64,000 bases of DNA from an uncultured Myxococcales bacterium (GCA_903896545.1 CAITYF010000204.1:21143-85142); one strand, 5' to 3'; positions 38,752 through 61,465 are shown, counted from the first letter of the stretch. Program-made: numbers and translations. The notes: generated by a model not told the origin, from the letters alone.

Positions 38752-39618
38752 TTAGACCTTTGGTTTACGCGGCTTCATGCCGGGCCGGAAGCCGGGAACG
38801 CCGCGCGGGACGGCGACGAGCGCCGCTTGCGCGCGCTGGCGGTCGGACTGCCGCTGTTGCACCAACTGACTCTGCGGCTTGCGCGCGCGATCGTCGGTCT
38901 GCGGCGCAGTGCGGTGCCGCCGGTCGAGATCCGAAGGCAGCGTGCCGCCGTCCTCCGTAATCAGCGCGCGAAAATCCTGCGGCAGCGGCGCGCGCACCGC
39001 GAAGTGTTCGCCAGTCATCGGGTGTTTCAGCTCGAGCGCGCGGGCGTGCAGCATCGTGCGCGGCGCCAGCTTCTTGACGATCGGTCCGCCGTAGAGAAAG
39101 TCGCCGCAGATCGGCGCGCCCAGAGCCGCCAGCGTCGCGCGCACCTGGTGCTTGCGGCCCTGTTCCGGGATCACGCGCACGAGGCCAAAACGCCGGCCCC
39201 GCGACAACACTTCCACTTCCGCCGCGGCCGTCAGACCACCGTCCGGCACGACCACCATGAACTCACCGCCGCCGATCTTGCGCGGCTTCAGCTGCATGTC
39301 CGCACGCTGCCAGCGCAAACCCGGCACGGGTGACGTCAGCGCCAAATAGACCTTCAGCACGCGCCGTTCGCGAAACGCCTCGTTGGCCAGCCGCGCGGCG
39401 TCTTCATTGCGGGCAAAAAGCAGCACGCCCGACGTTTCTTTGTCCAGCCGGTGCACGAGGTGGATCTGCGCGGGGTCTTCGCCTTTGGCCGCCACGTGCG
39501 CCTGCAGCCATGTCAGCGCCGACGCGACGTCCTCGGCGCCGTGGGAAAGCAGGCCGGACGGCTTGTCCAGCGCGATCAAAGCGTCGTCCTGAAAGAGGAT
39601 TTTGGGCTGTAGCGCCAT
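38752..39618 (-). CDS. RluA-family pseudouridine synthase
   Basis: LDKPSGL, VHRLDKETSGVLL, KVYLAL, GRKHQVR, GDFLYG, LHA. Confidence 0.93.
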   Translation of the reverse strand: MALQPKILFQDDALIALDKPSGLLSHGAEDVASALTWLQAHVAAKGEDPAQIHLVHRLDKETSGVLLFARNEDAARLANEAFRERRVLKVYLALTSPVPGLRWQRADMQLKPRKIGGGEFMVVVPDGGLTAAAEVEVLSRGRRFGLVRVIPEQGRKHQVRATLAALGAPICGDFLYGGPIVKKLAPRTMLHARALELKHPMTGEHFAVRAPLPQDFRALITEDGGTLPSDLDRRHRTAPQTDDRARKPQSQLVQQRQSDRQRAQAALVAVPRGVPGFRPGMKPRKPKV

Positions 39619-39742
39619 GGCGGGACCTCGGTGCCGTTCAAGCGGCGGCGGCACGTTAGCACGCCCTGAACGACGACAAAAACAAAGCGGCCCGTGAATC
39701 TGCTGACTCACGGGCCGCCGTCGAACTTGGGTAAAGACCAAA

Positions 39743-39819
<77 letters not shown>

Positions 39820-39963
39820 AATTTCAAGCAGGGCGAGCCTGCATGGGCTGAGCGGACGCACCGCCAGCGGGCCGGTAGAATGCGATCGACGGTGGTATTT
39901 GTCAAGGACGATCCGGTTGTCATTCGCCGACTGGGGCGGCACACTCGGCCGCTGGAGGTTCGA

Positions 39964-42495
<2,532 letters not shown>

Positions 42496-43023
42496 GTGAA
42501 TTTTCAAAGAGCGAAGTGGGTCGCGGTGACCGGGTTGGTTTTGGCAGCGCTGCTGGCAGCGATCGCCGTGCGACCGGGTTCGCGGCTGCCCAGCGGTAAG
42601 GAAGGCGAAGTCGTCGTGGATTTTGCCCTGCCGGTTGTGACCGCCGCTGGTCTGCAGACGCAGAGGCTCGACGGGCCGCAGCACCACCGCACCAAGCCGC
42701 TGCTCCTGCACTTTTGGGCGCCAAGCTGCGCGCCGTGTCGCGAGGAGCTGCCCCTCTGGCAGGACTTGGCGCAGCACGCCGACACGTTTGCCGTCCTGAC
42801 GGTGGCCGGAGACGAGAGCGATGACGTGGTCGCCTACCTGAAGGAGCACCACCTGACGTTGCCTACACTGTGGGATGAGAACGGCACCGCGCACAAGGCG
42901 CTGAGTGTGTGGACCATCCCTCACACGTTTGTCCTGACCCCCAAGGGCTTGATTGTCCGCGATCTGATGGGCGCGCAAACGCGCGAGTCGCTGCAAGAAG
43001 CGCTGACCGCGGCGGCGAAGTAG
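42496..43023 (+). CDS. TlpA/ResA-like thioredoxin-fold protein
   Basis: N-terminal TM segment, HFWAPSCAPC (CxxC), cis-Pro IP motif. Confidence 0.88.
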   Translation: MNFQRAKWVAVTGLVLAALLAAIAVRPGSRLPSGKEGEVVVDFALPVVTAAGLQTQRLDGPQHHRTKPLLLHFWAPSCAPCREELPLWQDLAQHADTFAVLTVAGDESDDVVAYLKEHHLTLPTLWDENGTAHKALSVWTIPHTFVLTPKGLIVRDLMGAQTRESLQEALTAAAK

Positions 43024-43026
43024 CGC

Positions 43027-43707
43027 TCAGGTTTCAATCGCCACCGTCCACAGCACAAGCAGGTCGCCCGTCGCCGTCGTGCCGACGATGAAGACGTCGA
43101 TGTCCGGCGACAGGCCCCACGGCGTCTTGGGACCCACGCGGTAGACGTGCACGTAGGAGAGCTGAGAGGTGATCAGCTTCTTCAGCTTCTGGAACTGCGG
43201 CGCGCGCGCTTGCTCGAAATCGCTCCACCAATCTTGCGGCACAACGTAGTTTTTCAACAGCGAGGCGAGCGTCCTGGACTGCACCGCGCGCTTGGCCAGA
43301 GGCAGCGTGTCCGGGCGCTGGACGTAGAACGGTGCGACCTTCTGCTTGATGTTGTAAGCCGTCGCGTGCGGCGCCCCGCCTCCAGGCACGACGAAGACCT
43401 GAAACGGGTAATCAGACTCGCTCGTGTAGAGCAGCCCCTGAACTGCGGCATCGAGCGCGGCCTTCACGACGGCGGTTGGCTGCTTTTGTTTGAGGTTGGC
43501 CAGTTCCAAGAGCGGCGACTGCGGGGACGGCGCGACGAAGGTCGGCTGAACGGGCACGGCGATGCGGATCGGCGGCGGCGGATCATCGGCAGTGGCATCG
43601 GCTGGCGCGGTATCGGCGGAGGACGCGTCGGCATCCGCGCTGGCGTAGGTGCCAGTCGCACACGCGGCGAGTAGCGTCAGAAGGAGAAGGGGCAGCAGGC
43701 GAATCAT
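43027..43707 (-). CDS. Lipoprotein with a nuclease A inhibitor (NuiA)-like domain
   Basis: Lipobox LAAC and Ala/Asp/Pro linker, then GLLYTSESDYPF...PQDWW...FQKL...VYRVG...IDVFIVG...T.AIET, matching my recollection of the NuiA consensus. Confidence 0.78.
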   Translation of the reverse strand: MIRLLPLLLLTLLAACATGTYASADADASSADTAPADATADDPPPPIRIAVPVQPTFVAPSPQSPLLELANLKQKQPTAVVKAALDAAVQGLLYTSESDYPFQVFVVPGGGAPHATAYNIKQKVAPFYVQRPDTLPLAKRAVQSRTLASLLKNYVVPQDWWSDFEQARAPQFQKLKKLITSQLSYVHVYRVGPKTPWGLSPDIDVFIVGTTATGDLLVLWTVAIET

Positions 43708-43928
43708 GGGAACCTCCGGGCGCGGTGAGAGATGCGCTCAAGGAGGTATTCGTGCGTTGGCGGTTTTTGCCGCGGGGAAATTTTGCGGGAGTGAAAGATT
43801 TTTGTTGGGCGGGTGAAGGGAGGGCCTGATTTCGGAACGCTTACGTCTTTTAGGGCGCTTGCAGAGATGGCCGGCGGCGCGATTCGTCAGGCTCGGTGCG
43901 CGCGTTGCGACCTTCCGGTCGCGGGCGG

Positions 43929-43986
43929 GAGCCAAAAGCCAGAAAGGCCGCCACCCTCGCGGAGAACGGCCTTTCGGTGTTCACAC
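43929..43986 (-). terminator. Second copy of the rpoC terminator (58-bp direct repeat)
   Basis: 53/58 identical to 44748-44805. GGCCG...CGGCC stem followed by TTTCTGGCTTTT on the minus strand. Confidence 0.8.
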
Positions 43987-44000
43987 ACACGCAGCAAGAA

Positions 44001-44393
44001 TCACGTACGCAGCGCCACTTCTGCCCAGTGGCACACCACTTGTGCAGCACCAAGCGCCGCACGCGCTTGCTTGGCAGTCGCCTCACCAGTCACGCTGGGA
44101 TACCGCGGTCCGACTCCGTAGACCGACAGCAGAATCGCGGCATCAATGACCGCCTCCGCGTCGGTCCCGGCGCCCAGTCGCTCGGCGATCACCCGCAAAT
44201 CATGCGTCCGCGGCACCGGCAGGTCTCGCGCTTCCATCAATGCTTTCAGAGCTTTTTCCGCTGACTGCTGTGCCAAGAAGCACACCAAATGCCACTCCGG
44301 GGGATCGAGCTCCGCGACGACGTGCGCCACGCGCCAATCCGAGCGCGAAAGCGTCCACCACGCGAGGACTTCGGGCCGATCAAGCAGCTTCAT
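44001..44393 (-). CDS. HEPN domain protein (putative toxin)
   Basis: VCFLAQQSAEKALKA, PRTHDL, PRYP. ATG overlaps the last 14 nt of the upstream MNT gene. Confidence 0.88.
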   Translation of the reverse strand: MKLLDRPEVLAWWTLSRSDWRVAHVVAELDPPEWHLVCFLAQQSAEKALKALMEARDLPVPRTHDLRVIAERLGAGTDAEAVIDAAILLSVYGVGPRYPSVTGEATAKQARAALGAAQVVCHWAEVALRT

Positions 44394-44703
44394 CAAGCCG
44401 GACCGCTTCACGCGCCATTTCGCGCTCATACCAACCGCGGGATTCCTGAATTCGCTGCCAATCGGCGGGCGTGAGCGCAAGGACATCAAACGCGAGGTCG
44501 ATCCCACGCAGACCGCGATGCGCTGCAATCGCTGCCGCCGTCCGTTCCATTCCATCCGGAATCAAGAGGACGAGGTCCACATCACTGTCGTCTCTGGCGT
44601 CGCCACGCGCACGGGAGCCAAACATCAAGATATCGAGCACCTGCGGGCAGGACCGGCGGATGCGCTCGGCGATCTCGTGGCGCAAGGTTTGGTCAAAAGG
44701 CAC
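44380..44703 (-). CDS. Minimal nucleotidyltransferase (MNT, putative antitoxin)
   Basis: GS-x10-DxD motif (GSRARGDARDDSDVD). GTG start after GGAGG. Confidence 0.9.
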   Translation of the reverse strand: MPFDQTLRHEIAERIRRSCPQVLDILMFGSRARGDARDDSDVDLVLLIPDGMERTAAAIAAHRGLRGIDLAFDVLALTPADWQRIQESRGWYEREMAREAVRLDEAA

Positions 44704-44747
44704 GGCAACACCTCCGCGGGCACCGACGGCAGGGTAGCATTTTTGGC

Positions 44748-44805
44748 GAGCCAAAAGCCAGAAAGGCCGCCCCCCTCACGGAGAACGGCCTTCCTGTCTT
44801 CACAC
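44748..44805 (-). terminator. Intrinsic terminator downstream of rpoC
   Basis: Minus strand AGGCCGTTCTCC...GCGGCCT hairpin plus TTCTGGCTTTT, starting about 14 nt after the rpoC stop. Confidence 0.8.
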
Positions 44806-44818
44806 CGAGAGCCCAGCC

Positions 44819-49357
<4,539 letters not shown>

Positions 49358-49586
49358 GAACAAACCTCACAGGGAAATTGGGGACAGGGCACGTTGGCGC
49401 AGGGTCAGACCGTTTTGGGCAAATCCCCGCTATCGCGGGGACCGGGCCCTAGTCCGGCCCAAGGGCCGTACCGGAGCCTCGCAAGCGAGTCTCCGCCCAT
49501 TCGGGTAACGGTCCCTTTCGCACTGGCACACCAACACTCGCAACTCGCTTCCGCTCGACGCGCAGTCCAGCGGAGTGACAGGGAAA

Positions 49587-54482
<4,896 letters not shown>

Positions 54483-54573
54483 CGTATAACTTCTCCTTCC
54501 AGCCTCTGTTGGCCACGCACGTTAACGGGTGCGGACCTGAGCGGCGGATTTCTAGGGGACGGGAACTGGCAAA

Positions 54574-54610
54574 CCCCTGAGCGGCGGAATCGATTCCGTC
54601 CGCTCAGGGG
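54574..54610 (-). terminator. Hairpin/attenuator between rplL and rpoB
   Basis: CCCCTGAGCGG-CGGAATCGATTCCG-T-CCGCTCAGGGG, followed on the minus strand by TTTGCCAGTT. Confidence 0.65.
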
Positions 54611-54695
54611 TGCCCTCTCTAACCTATCCGGGAGCCGACACGGTCACGCACAGTGACCGAAGGTTCCCGGCGAAAGAAACCAGACCTTGGCGAGA

Positions 54696-55079
54696 TTACT
54701 TGATCTCGACCTTGGCGCCGGCTTCTTCCAGCTTCTTCTTGTAACCTTCGGCATCGGCCTTGGAGACCGCTTCCTTGACCGCGGAACCCGGCTTCTCGGA
54801 CAGTTCCTTGGCTTCGCGCAGACCGAGGTTGGTCAGCTCGCGGATCACTTTGATGACGTTGATCTTGTTCGCGCCAGCGTCCAACAGGACGACGTCGAAC
54901 TCGGTCTTCTCTTCCACGGCCGGGGCGGCGGCAGCAGCCGGGCCAGCAGCAGCAGCAGCGGCGACCGGAGCGGCGGCGGAGACGCCCCACTTCTCTTCGA
55001 GGGCCTTGACGATCTCGGACAGTTCGAGAACGGTGAGGCCGGACAGGTGATTGATCAAATCTTCGCGAGAAATCGACAT
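54696..55079 (-). CDS. rplL: 50S ribosomal protein L7/L12
   Basis: [38 protein letters not shown]. Confidence 0.98.
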   Translation of the reverse strand: MSISREDLINHLSGLTVLELSEIVKALEEKWGVSAAAPVAAAAAAGPAAAAAPAVEEKTEFDVVLLDAGANKINVIKVIRELTNLGLREAKELSEKPGSAVKEAVSKADAEGYKKKLEEAGAKVEIK

Positions 55080-55167
55080 TGGGAAACTCCTGGATTGCCT
55101 TGGCATCGTGGCGTCATGCCGGATGCGCTGTTCACTCATTTCAATCGACGCAGAACTTGGCGATTAC

Positions 55168-55698
55168 TTACGCAGCCTCGGCCGTGGGTTCCAACTGCTC
55201 GATACGTGCGTTGAACACGTTGAGGATGGAACGCGGCGAAGCAGCGAGGGTGCCGACGAACTTGCCCGGGACCGCATTCAGCGTACCCAGGAACATCGCC
55301 CGCAGCTCGTCGCGACCCGGCAATTCCGAGAGCGCCTTCACCTGGGCAGCGTTCAACGCCTTTCCAGAGAGGGCACCACCGGTAATCACGATGTTCGGAA
55401 CGTCCTTGGCGATCTTGACGATCGCTTTGGCCGGACCGACCACGTCGGGACCGAAAGTAATCAGCACAGGCCCCACCAGCTTGTCAGAGAGCGCCTCGAG
55501 CGAGGTGCCTTTGACCGACAAGCGAGCAAGGGTGTTCTTCACCACCACAACCTTACCTTCAGCGCCGCGAACGGCGTTGCGAAGGTTCTGCATCTGTTCC
55601 ACGGTCGCGCCGCGGTATTCCGCGACGATGACAGCGTCGATGCCGGTCAGTTGCTGGCGAAGCGCGTCGACCCGATCCTGTTTTTCAGCCTTGTTCAT
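55168..55698 (-). CDS. rplJ: 50S ribosomal protein L10
   Basis: EYRGATV, VVKNTLAR, LSELPGRDEL; operon position. Confidence 0.97.
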   Translation of the reverse strand: MNKAEKQDRVDALRQQLTGIDAVIVAEYRGATVEQMQNLRNAVRGAEGKVVVVKNTLARLSVKGTSLEALSDKLVGPVLITFGPDVVGPAKAIVKIAKDVPNIVITGGALSGKALNAAQVKALSELPGRDELRAMFLGTLNAVPGKFVGTLAASPRSILNVFNARIEQLEPTAEAA

Positions 55699-55922
55699 GC
55701 TGATCTCCTGTGTTCACCTTGCGATGAACCGTGTCGGGTCAAACACCTTGCAGCCTGAGTGGAGATCTGAAGCGCAGCCTTGCGACCATGCATCAGACAC
55801 CGTGGTGCATGCCGGGCACCGTTGCCAAGCAATGCGTGACAGGAACGAATCCCCGTCGCATCCAGGAGGTGGACCTTGACGATGTCGCCATCGTGTCGGA
55901 CCGTCCCTTTCTGCTCACCACA

Positions 55923-55976
55923 CGTCTCCGTCGGACTTAGCGCTGCGATTGCGCGCAGCAGCCGACTTCTCAGACG
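55923..55976 (-). promoter_or_regulatory. L10 leader-like autoregulatory RNA
   Basis: Minus strand CGTCT-GAGA-AGTCGGC...GCTAA-GTCCGAC-GGAG-ACG has a kink-turn-like GA/AG internal loop and lies in the rplA-rplJ spacer. Confidence 0.6.
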
Positions 55977-56094
55977 CACAATCGGTCTTTGCGGAGCGAA
56001 CCCCACGCGGAACCGACTGGGTGATCCGCCGCAGCTTGCGCCACGACGAACCGATTTCCCGCAAAGCGCGCAGCTTTGACGGGGTCCTTCTGGC

Positions 56095-56805
56095 TTAGGC
56101 CAGACGGAATTCTGCGGCCATCGCCACCGGATCCACGCGCACGCCGGGGGCATGCGTGGTCGTCACGGTGAGGGCCTTCAGGTAGGTGCCTTTGGCGGTC
56201 GAGGGCTTGGCTTTCACCAGCGCTTCCACCAAAGCAGCAATGTTTTCGCGGAGCTTGACGGACTCAAACGAGCGCTTGCCAACGGCAGCGTGAATGATAC
56301 CGGCCTTCTCAGCGCGGAATTCGATTTTACCGGCCTTGGCAGCCGTGACGGCCGCACCGACGTCAAACGTCACGGTGCCGACCTTCGGATTCGGCATCAG
56401 ACCGCGGGGGCCGAGCACCTTACCGATCTTACCAACCGCGACCATCATGTTCGGCGTGGCGATGCAGGTGTCGAATTCGAACCAGCCGCCGCGGACCTTC
56501 TCGATCAGCTCGTCGTCGCCCACGAAGTCGGCGCCGGCAGCCTGCGCTTCCGCAGCCTTTTCGCCCTTCGCGAACACGAGGACGCGGTTGACCTTACCGG
56601 TACCGTTGGGCAGGACCACCGCGCCGCGAACCATCTGGTCCGCGTGCTTGGGGTTCACGCCCAGGTTGATGGCGACTTCAAAGGCCTCGTCGTACTTGGC
56701 GAACGAGTTTTCTTTGGCGATCTGGATCGCTTCGTCGAGGGTGTAGCGCTTCTGCCGGTCGAAACGGGCGAGCGCGGCGTTGTACTTGCGCGAATGCTTA
56801 GCCAT
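56095..56805 (-). CDS. rplA: 50S ribosomal protein L1
   Basis: [41 protein letters not shown]. Confidence 0.98.
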   Translation of the reverse strand: MAKHSRKYNAALARFDRQKRYTLDEAIQIAKENSFAKYDEAFEVAINLGVNPKHADQMVRGAVVLPNGTGKVNRVLVFAKGEKAAEAQAAGADFVGDDELIEKVRGGWFEFDTCIATPNMMVAVGKIGKVLGPRGLMPNPKVGTVTFDVGAAVTAAKAGKIEFRAEKAGIIHAAVGKRSFESVKLRENIAALVEALVKAKPSTAKGTYLKALTVTTTHAPGVRVDPVAMAAEFRLA

Positions 56806-56862
56806 GGTGTCCTCAGGGGAGGCGCCCGCATCGTGTGCGGTCCGCCAAAAAGTCAGGGGTTA

Positions 56863-57288
56863 TTAACCGATCACGTCGATGCCCATCGAACGGGCGGTGC
56901 CGGCGATGGTGCTGCGTGCGGTGTCCAAGTTGGTGGCGTACAGGTCGGGCATCTTGATCTTGGCGATTTCCTCGACCAGCGCCTTGGTAACCTTGCCGAC
57001 TTTGTCCCGGTTCGGCACCGACGAGCCCTTCTCGATCTTCGCGTACTTCAACAGCAAGCGCGACGCGGGCGGCGTCTTGGTGATGAACGTGAACGAACGA
57101 TCCGAATAGACCGTGATCACGACCGGAATGACCATGCCAGCCTGGGCCTGCGTTTCCGCATTGTAGGCCTTGCAGAACTGCATGATGTTCACGCCGTGCT
57201 GACCGAGCGCCGGGCCCACGGGCGGGGACGGCGTCGCTTTGCCAGCCGGCAACTGCAACTTGATGTAACCAGTGATCTTCTTTGCCAT
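56863..57288 (-). CDS. rplK: 50S ribosomal protein L11
   Basis: [36 protein letters not shown]. Confidence 0.98.
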   Translation of the reverse strand: MAKKITGYIKLQLPAGKATPSPPVGPALGQHGVNIMQFCKAYNAETQAQAGMVIPVVITVYSDRSFTFITKTPPASRLLLKYAKIEKGSSVPNRDKVGKVTKALVEEIAKIKMPDLYATNLDTARSTIAGTARSMGIDVIG

Positions 57289-57438
57289 GACACTTCTCCA
57301 GCCGGTCCGGCGCTTGTGGCCTTTCCGGTCTGATTGCCTGTTGGTGCGCTGCGTGAATCTCACCCAGCGTCGCGCTTCAAACGGCCAGCAATCTTGGCCT
57401 CGCGCTCAACCGTCCTCGCGAACGGTGTTTCTGTGGGT

Positions 57439-58050
57439 CTACTGACCCGCGATCTTCTCCACCTGCATGAAGCCCAGCTCGACCGGCGTGGCGCGTCCGA
57501 AAATGGACACCAGGACCTTGAGCTTCTGCTTGTCGGCGCTGACTTCCGCCACCGTGCCGGCAAAGTTCGCGAACGGACCGTCGATGACGCGCACTTCCGT
57601 GCCTTCGTCAAAGCTGACGACCGGCTTCGCGGCGACTTCACTCGTCTCCAGCTGACCGAGAATGCGCTGGATTTCCGAATCCGGAACCGGGCTCGGACGC
57701 TTGGCTTTGTCTTTTTCCGTACCCAAGAAGCCAATGATCTTCTGGGTGTTCTTGACCAGGTGCCAGCTCTCATCCGTCAGGATCATCTGCACCAGCAGGT
57801 AACCGGGGAAGAACTTGCGCTTGGACTCGCGACGCACGCCAGCGCGCACTTCCGCAACCTTTTCGGTCGGCACGAGCACTTCACCGAAGTACTGCTCCAG
57901 ACCTTCCGACTTGATGCGCTCAACCAGACTCGCGCGGGCCACGTTCTCCGAGCCGGTGTACGTGTTGACGATGAACCAGCGCTTGCGCGGCGTACGTGCC
58001 ACGGCCACAGGTGCCTCGGTCGTCGTCGTCTCTTGAAACTGCTCAGTCAT
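57439..58050 (-). CDS. nusG: Transcription termination/antitermination factor NusG
   Basis: [23 protein letters not shown] motif [21 protein letters not shown]. Confidence 0.98.
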   Translation of the reverse strand: MTEQFQETTTTEAPVAVARTPRKRWFIVNTYTGSENVARASLVERIKSEGLEQYFGEVLVPTEKVAEVRAGVRRESKRKFFPGYLLVQMILTDESWHLVKNTQKIIGFLGTEKDKAKRPSPVPDSEIQRILGQLETSEVAAKPVVSFDEGTEVRVIDGPFANFAGTVAEVSADKQKLKVLVSIFGRATPVELGFMQVEKIAGQ

Positions 58051-58140
58051 GTTTCCTGCCCGCCCTGTTGATTCCCGGCCATCGTCTTGCGCTGGCCCAG
58101 CTTCGTTCGTTTGCGCCGTGTGACCGGCACCGACCCGCAA

Positions 58141-58524
58141 CTAGATGCGATAGATGAAACGCGTGACCACGCTGATCAGCGAGTCAAAGACCCACAGGCA
58201 CAGCGACACGAGGACCGTCGTCACCATCACCACCGTCGTCAGGAGACGCGTCTCCGCAACGGAAGGCCACGTGACCTTGCGCAGCTCGCCAGCCACTTCG
58301 TGGGCGAACTGGAACAGCTTCTCGTTGCGCCACAAGGCGATGCCACCGATGATTCCAGCCGACACACCCAGCAGATTCGACAGGCGGAATTCACGACCGA
58401 TGATGCCAGCATCCCATTCGGGGCGGACGAGGTCGAAAAGCCCGGCGAACAAGTGCGCGCTCAGGAACCACACGAGCAACGCCGCGGCAACGAACGCCAG
58501 ATTGACCATGCGCTCTTGGCTCAT
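58141..58524 (-). CDS. secE: Preprotein translocase subunit SecE
   Basis: ELRKVTWPS motif with three TM segments, upstream of nusG. Confidence 0.93.
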   Translation of the reverse strand: MSQERMVNLAFVAAALLVWFLSAHLFAGLFDLVRPEWDAGIIGREFRLSNLLGVSAGIIGGIALWRNEKLFQFAHEVAGELRKVTWPSVAETRLLTTVVMVTTVLVSLCLWVFDSLISVVTRFIYRI

Positions 58525-58593
58525 CTCGCTTTCTCCTTCCTAATGCAACTGCTCGTTGGCCATTCGGCTCAAGACCGGTGGTTGCGAGCGGGG

Positions 58594-58666
58594 CAGGCCA
58601 GGCGGGATTCGAACCCACAACCCGCAGATTTGGAGTCTGCCGCTCTACCGTTAGAGCTACTGGCCT
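58594..58666 (-). tRNA. tRNA-Trp (CCA)
   Basis: Acceptor AGGCCAG/CTGGCCT, anticodon arm GCAGA-CTCCAAA-TCTGC. Confidence 0.96.
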
Positions 58667-58832
58667 CTCGATCCGCCGAGACGGACCCATCTGCGGCGTT
58701 CTCGCTGCGCCGGGCCGGCTCGACGTACTCAAGTACGCCTTCGCCGTCCCGCCTTGCTCGGCCTTGCATCTGGGCCCGTCTCGGCGGCCGAGGGGGACAA
58801 GACACAGGACGAGCACGCGAGAAAATCGCGGA

Positions 58833-59012
58833 TTACTTCGTTTCCTTGTGTTCCGTGTGCTTCCGCTCAAAGCGGCAGTACTTCTTCAGCGTCAGACGAC
58901 CAGGCGTGGTCTTCTTGTTCTTCGTGGTCGTGTAACGCGAAACGCCCGGGATGCCGGCGGTGCGACAGGTCTGGCACTCCAGATGGATGATGCTGCGGTT
59001 GCTGGCGGCCAT
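58833..59012 (-). CDS. rpmG: 50S ribosomal protein L33
   Basis: LECQTC...[10 protein letters not shown]...RLTLKKYC...HTEHKETK; position between tuf and tRNA-Trp. Confidence 0.95.
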   Translation of the reverse strand: MAASNRSIIHLECQTCRTAGIPGVSRYTTTKNKKTTPGRLTLKKYCRFERKHTEHKETK

Positions 59013-59178
59013 CACGGACTCCTTCTAGCAAATGTCCCTGGCGCTGTGGCCGGGACTCGAACGGGGAAGCTTCCGCCTCCGGATACCCTGCAAGCAGGCG
59101 ATCCGCCGGGGCCCGACTTTCCAGTTGGAAAGCATCGGTGGGCCCCGGCGGACCGCTGAATCGCTTGCGCGGTGCGAT

Positions 59179-60381
<1,203 letters not shown>

Positions 60382-60559
60382 TGTCAGGGTCCTCCCGCCA
60401 TGCGTGTGGCGTCTGGTTCATCAAACAGGCACCCGCCTGTTGGTTGCCTTGCGGCGTGGTTACCACACGTCCTTGGAGCGAACCCCGCAGCGTGCAGCTT
60501 CTTTGCCTTCGGGCGCTTGCCGTCTGGCGGTTTGTACCCGTCAGTGGGTACGTTTGTGC

Positions 60560-60631
60560 CCCGTTTCCGGGGACGTCTGGGTTCCCGTTTCCAGGAACGT
60601 CTGGGTTCCCGTTTCCGGGAGCGTTTCGTGC
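60560..60631 (-). repeat. Three tandem 24-bp repeats in the tRNA-Thr to tuf spacer
   Basis: CCCGTTTCC begins at 60560, 60584 and 60608; a degenerate fourth copy starts at 60537. Confidence 0.9.
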
Positions 60632-60702
60632 GTCGTTCCTCGACGCGGTGGGGTCCAGCCATTCTGCGCTGCACAACCGAAGCTGTGCCGCGCGGCGCTC
60701 GG

Positions 60703-60775
<73 letters not shown>

Positions 60776-60892
60776 GCTTTCGCCATCTGAGTTGCACGGG
60801 CTTGCACCCTGCACCCCAGGCAGACCAGCGTTTTGGCCAGCCGCCGCAGCTCACCCCATCGCGATGCGATTGGGCAGGGAACGGTCGGTCAG

Positions 60893-60965
60893 AGCGGGAA
60901 ACGGGATTCGAACCCGCGACATTCAGCTTGGAAGGCTGACGCTCTACCAGCTGAGCTATTCCCGC
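60893..60965 (-). tRNA. tRNA-Gly (UCC)
   Basis: Acceptor GCGGGAA/TTCCCGC, anticodon arm TCAGC-CTTCCAA-GCTGA. Confidence 0.96.
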
Positions 60966-61052
60966 AGCACCCCTGTTGCGCCTGCGCACGGCAGGAACTC
61001 GGTTCGGGGGGTGGCAGTGGGGCGTGAAGCCCCGAGAAAACAGGCGATCGGG

Positions 61053-61135
61053 TGGAAGCTGGTGGATTCGAACCACCGTAGGCGTAAGCCAGCAGATTTA
61101 CAGTCTGCCCCCATTAGCCACTCGGGCAAGCTTCC
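61053..61135 (-). tRNA. tRNA-Tyr (GUA)
   Basis: Acceptor GGAAGCT/AGCTTCC, anticodon arm GCAGA-CTGTAAA-TCTGC, long variable arm. Confidence 0.96.
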
Positions 61136-61207
61136 GTTTGGCCTGATTGCCGGGCGAATACCCCGACACATCGACTATTTTCGCCTGACGCACGCCACAA
61201 CCATCAG

Positions 61208-61280
61208 AGCTGGCGAAGGGACTTGAACCCGCAACCTGCTGATTACAAATCAGCTGCTCTGCCAATTGAGCTACGCCAGC
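61208..61280 (-). tRNA. tRNA-Thr (UGU)
   Basis: Acceptor GCTGGCG/CGCCAGC, anticodon arm GCTGA-TTTGTAA-TCAGC. Confidence 0.95.
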
Positions 61281-61465
61281 GTCGTGAGACAACCCCGCCT
61301 CTTTGTGCCGCAGACCACGACCAGAACGCCGTCAAAAAGAAGGCGCATGATCATTGAAACGGCTCAAAAACAGCTGGATTTCACCCCAAGATCGCTGTTT
61401 CCACACCACTTTTTGCTACTACCGCAGGGGTGGACCGTGCACAACGGGCCCCTTTGGGGGCCGTC

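Noticed and set aside
60537-60631. 24-bp repeats as a mini CRISPR array
   Set aside because: The repeats are contiguous with no unique spacers, and there are no cas genes in the window.
60384-60674. 96-aa Arg-rich ORF upstream of tuf as a leader peptide or protamine-like protein
   Set aside because: Its repetitiveness simply reflects the 24-bp repeats and I see no RBS. It cannot be fully excluded without ribosome profiling.
61208-61240. C50-U64 mismatch in the tRNA-Thr(UGU) T-stem as co-evolution with the divergent EF-Tu
   Set aside because: T-stem mismatches also occur in ordinary tRNA-Thr genes (E. coli thrU, recalled), and one case is not evidence.
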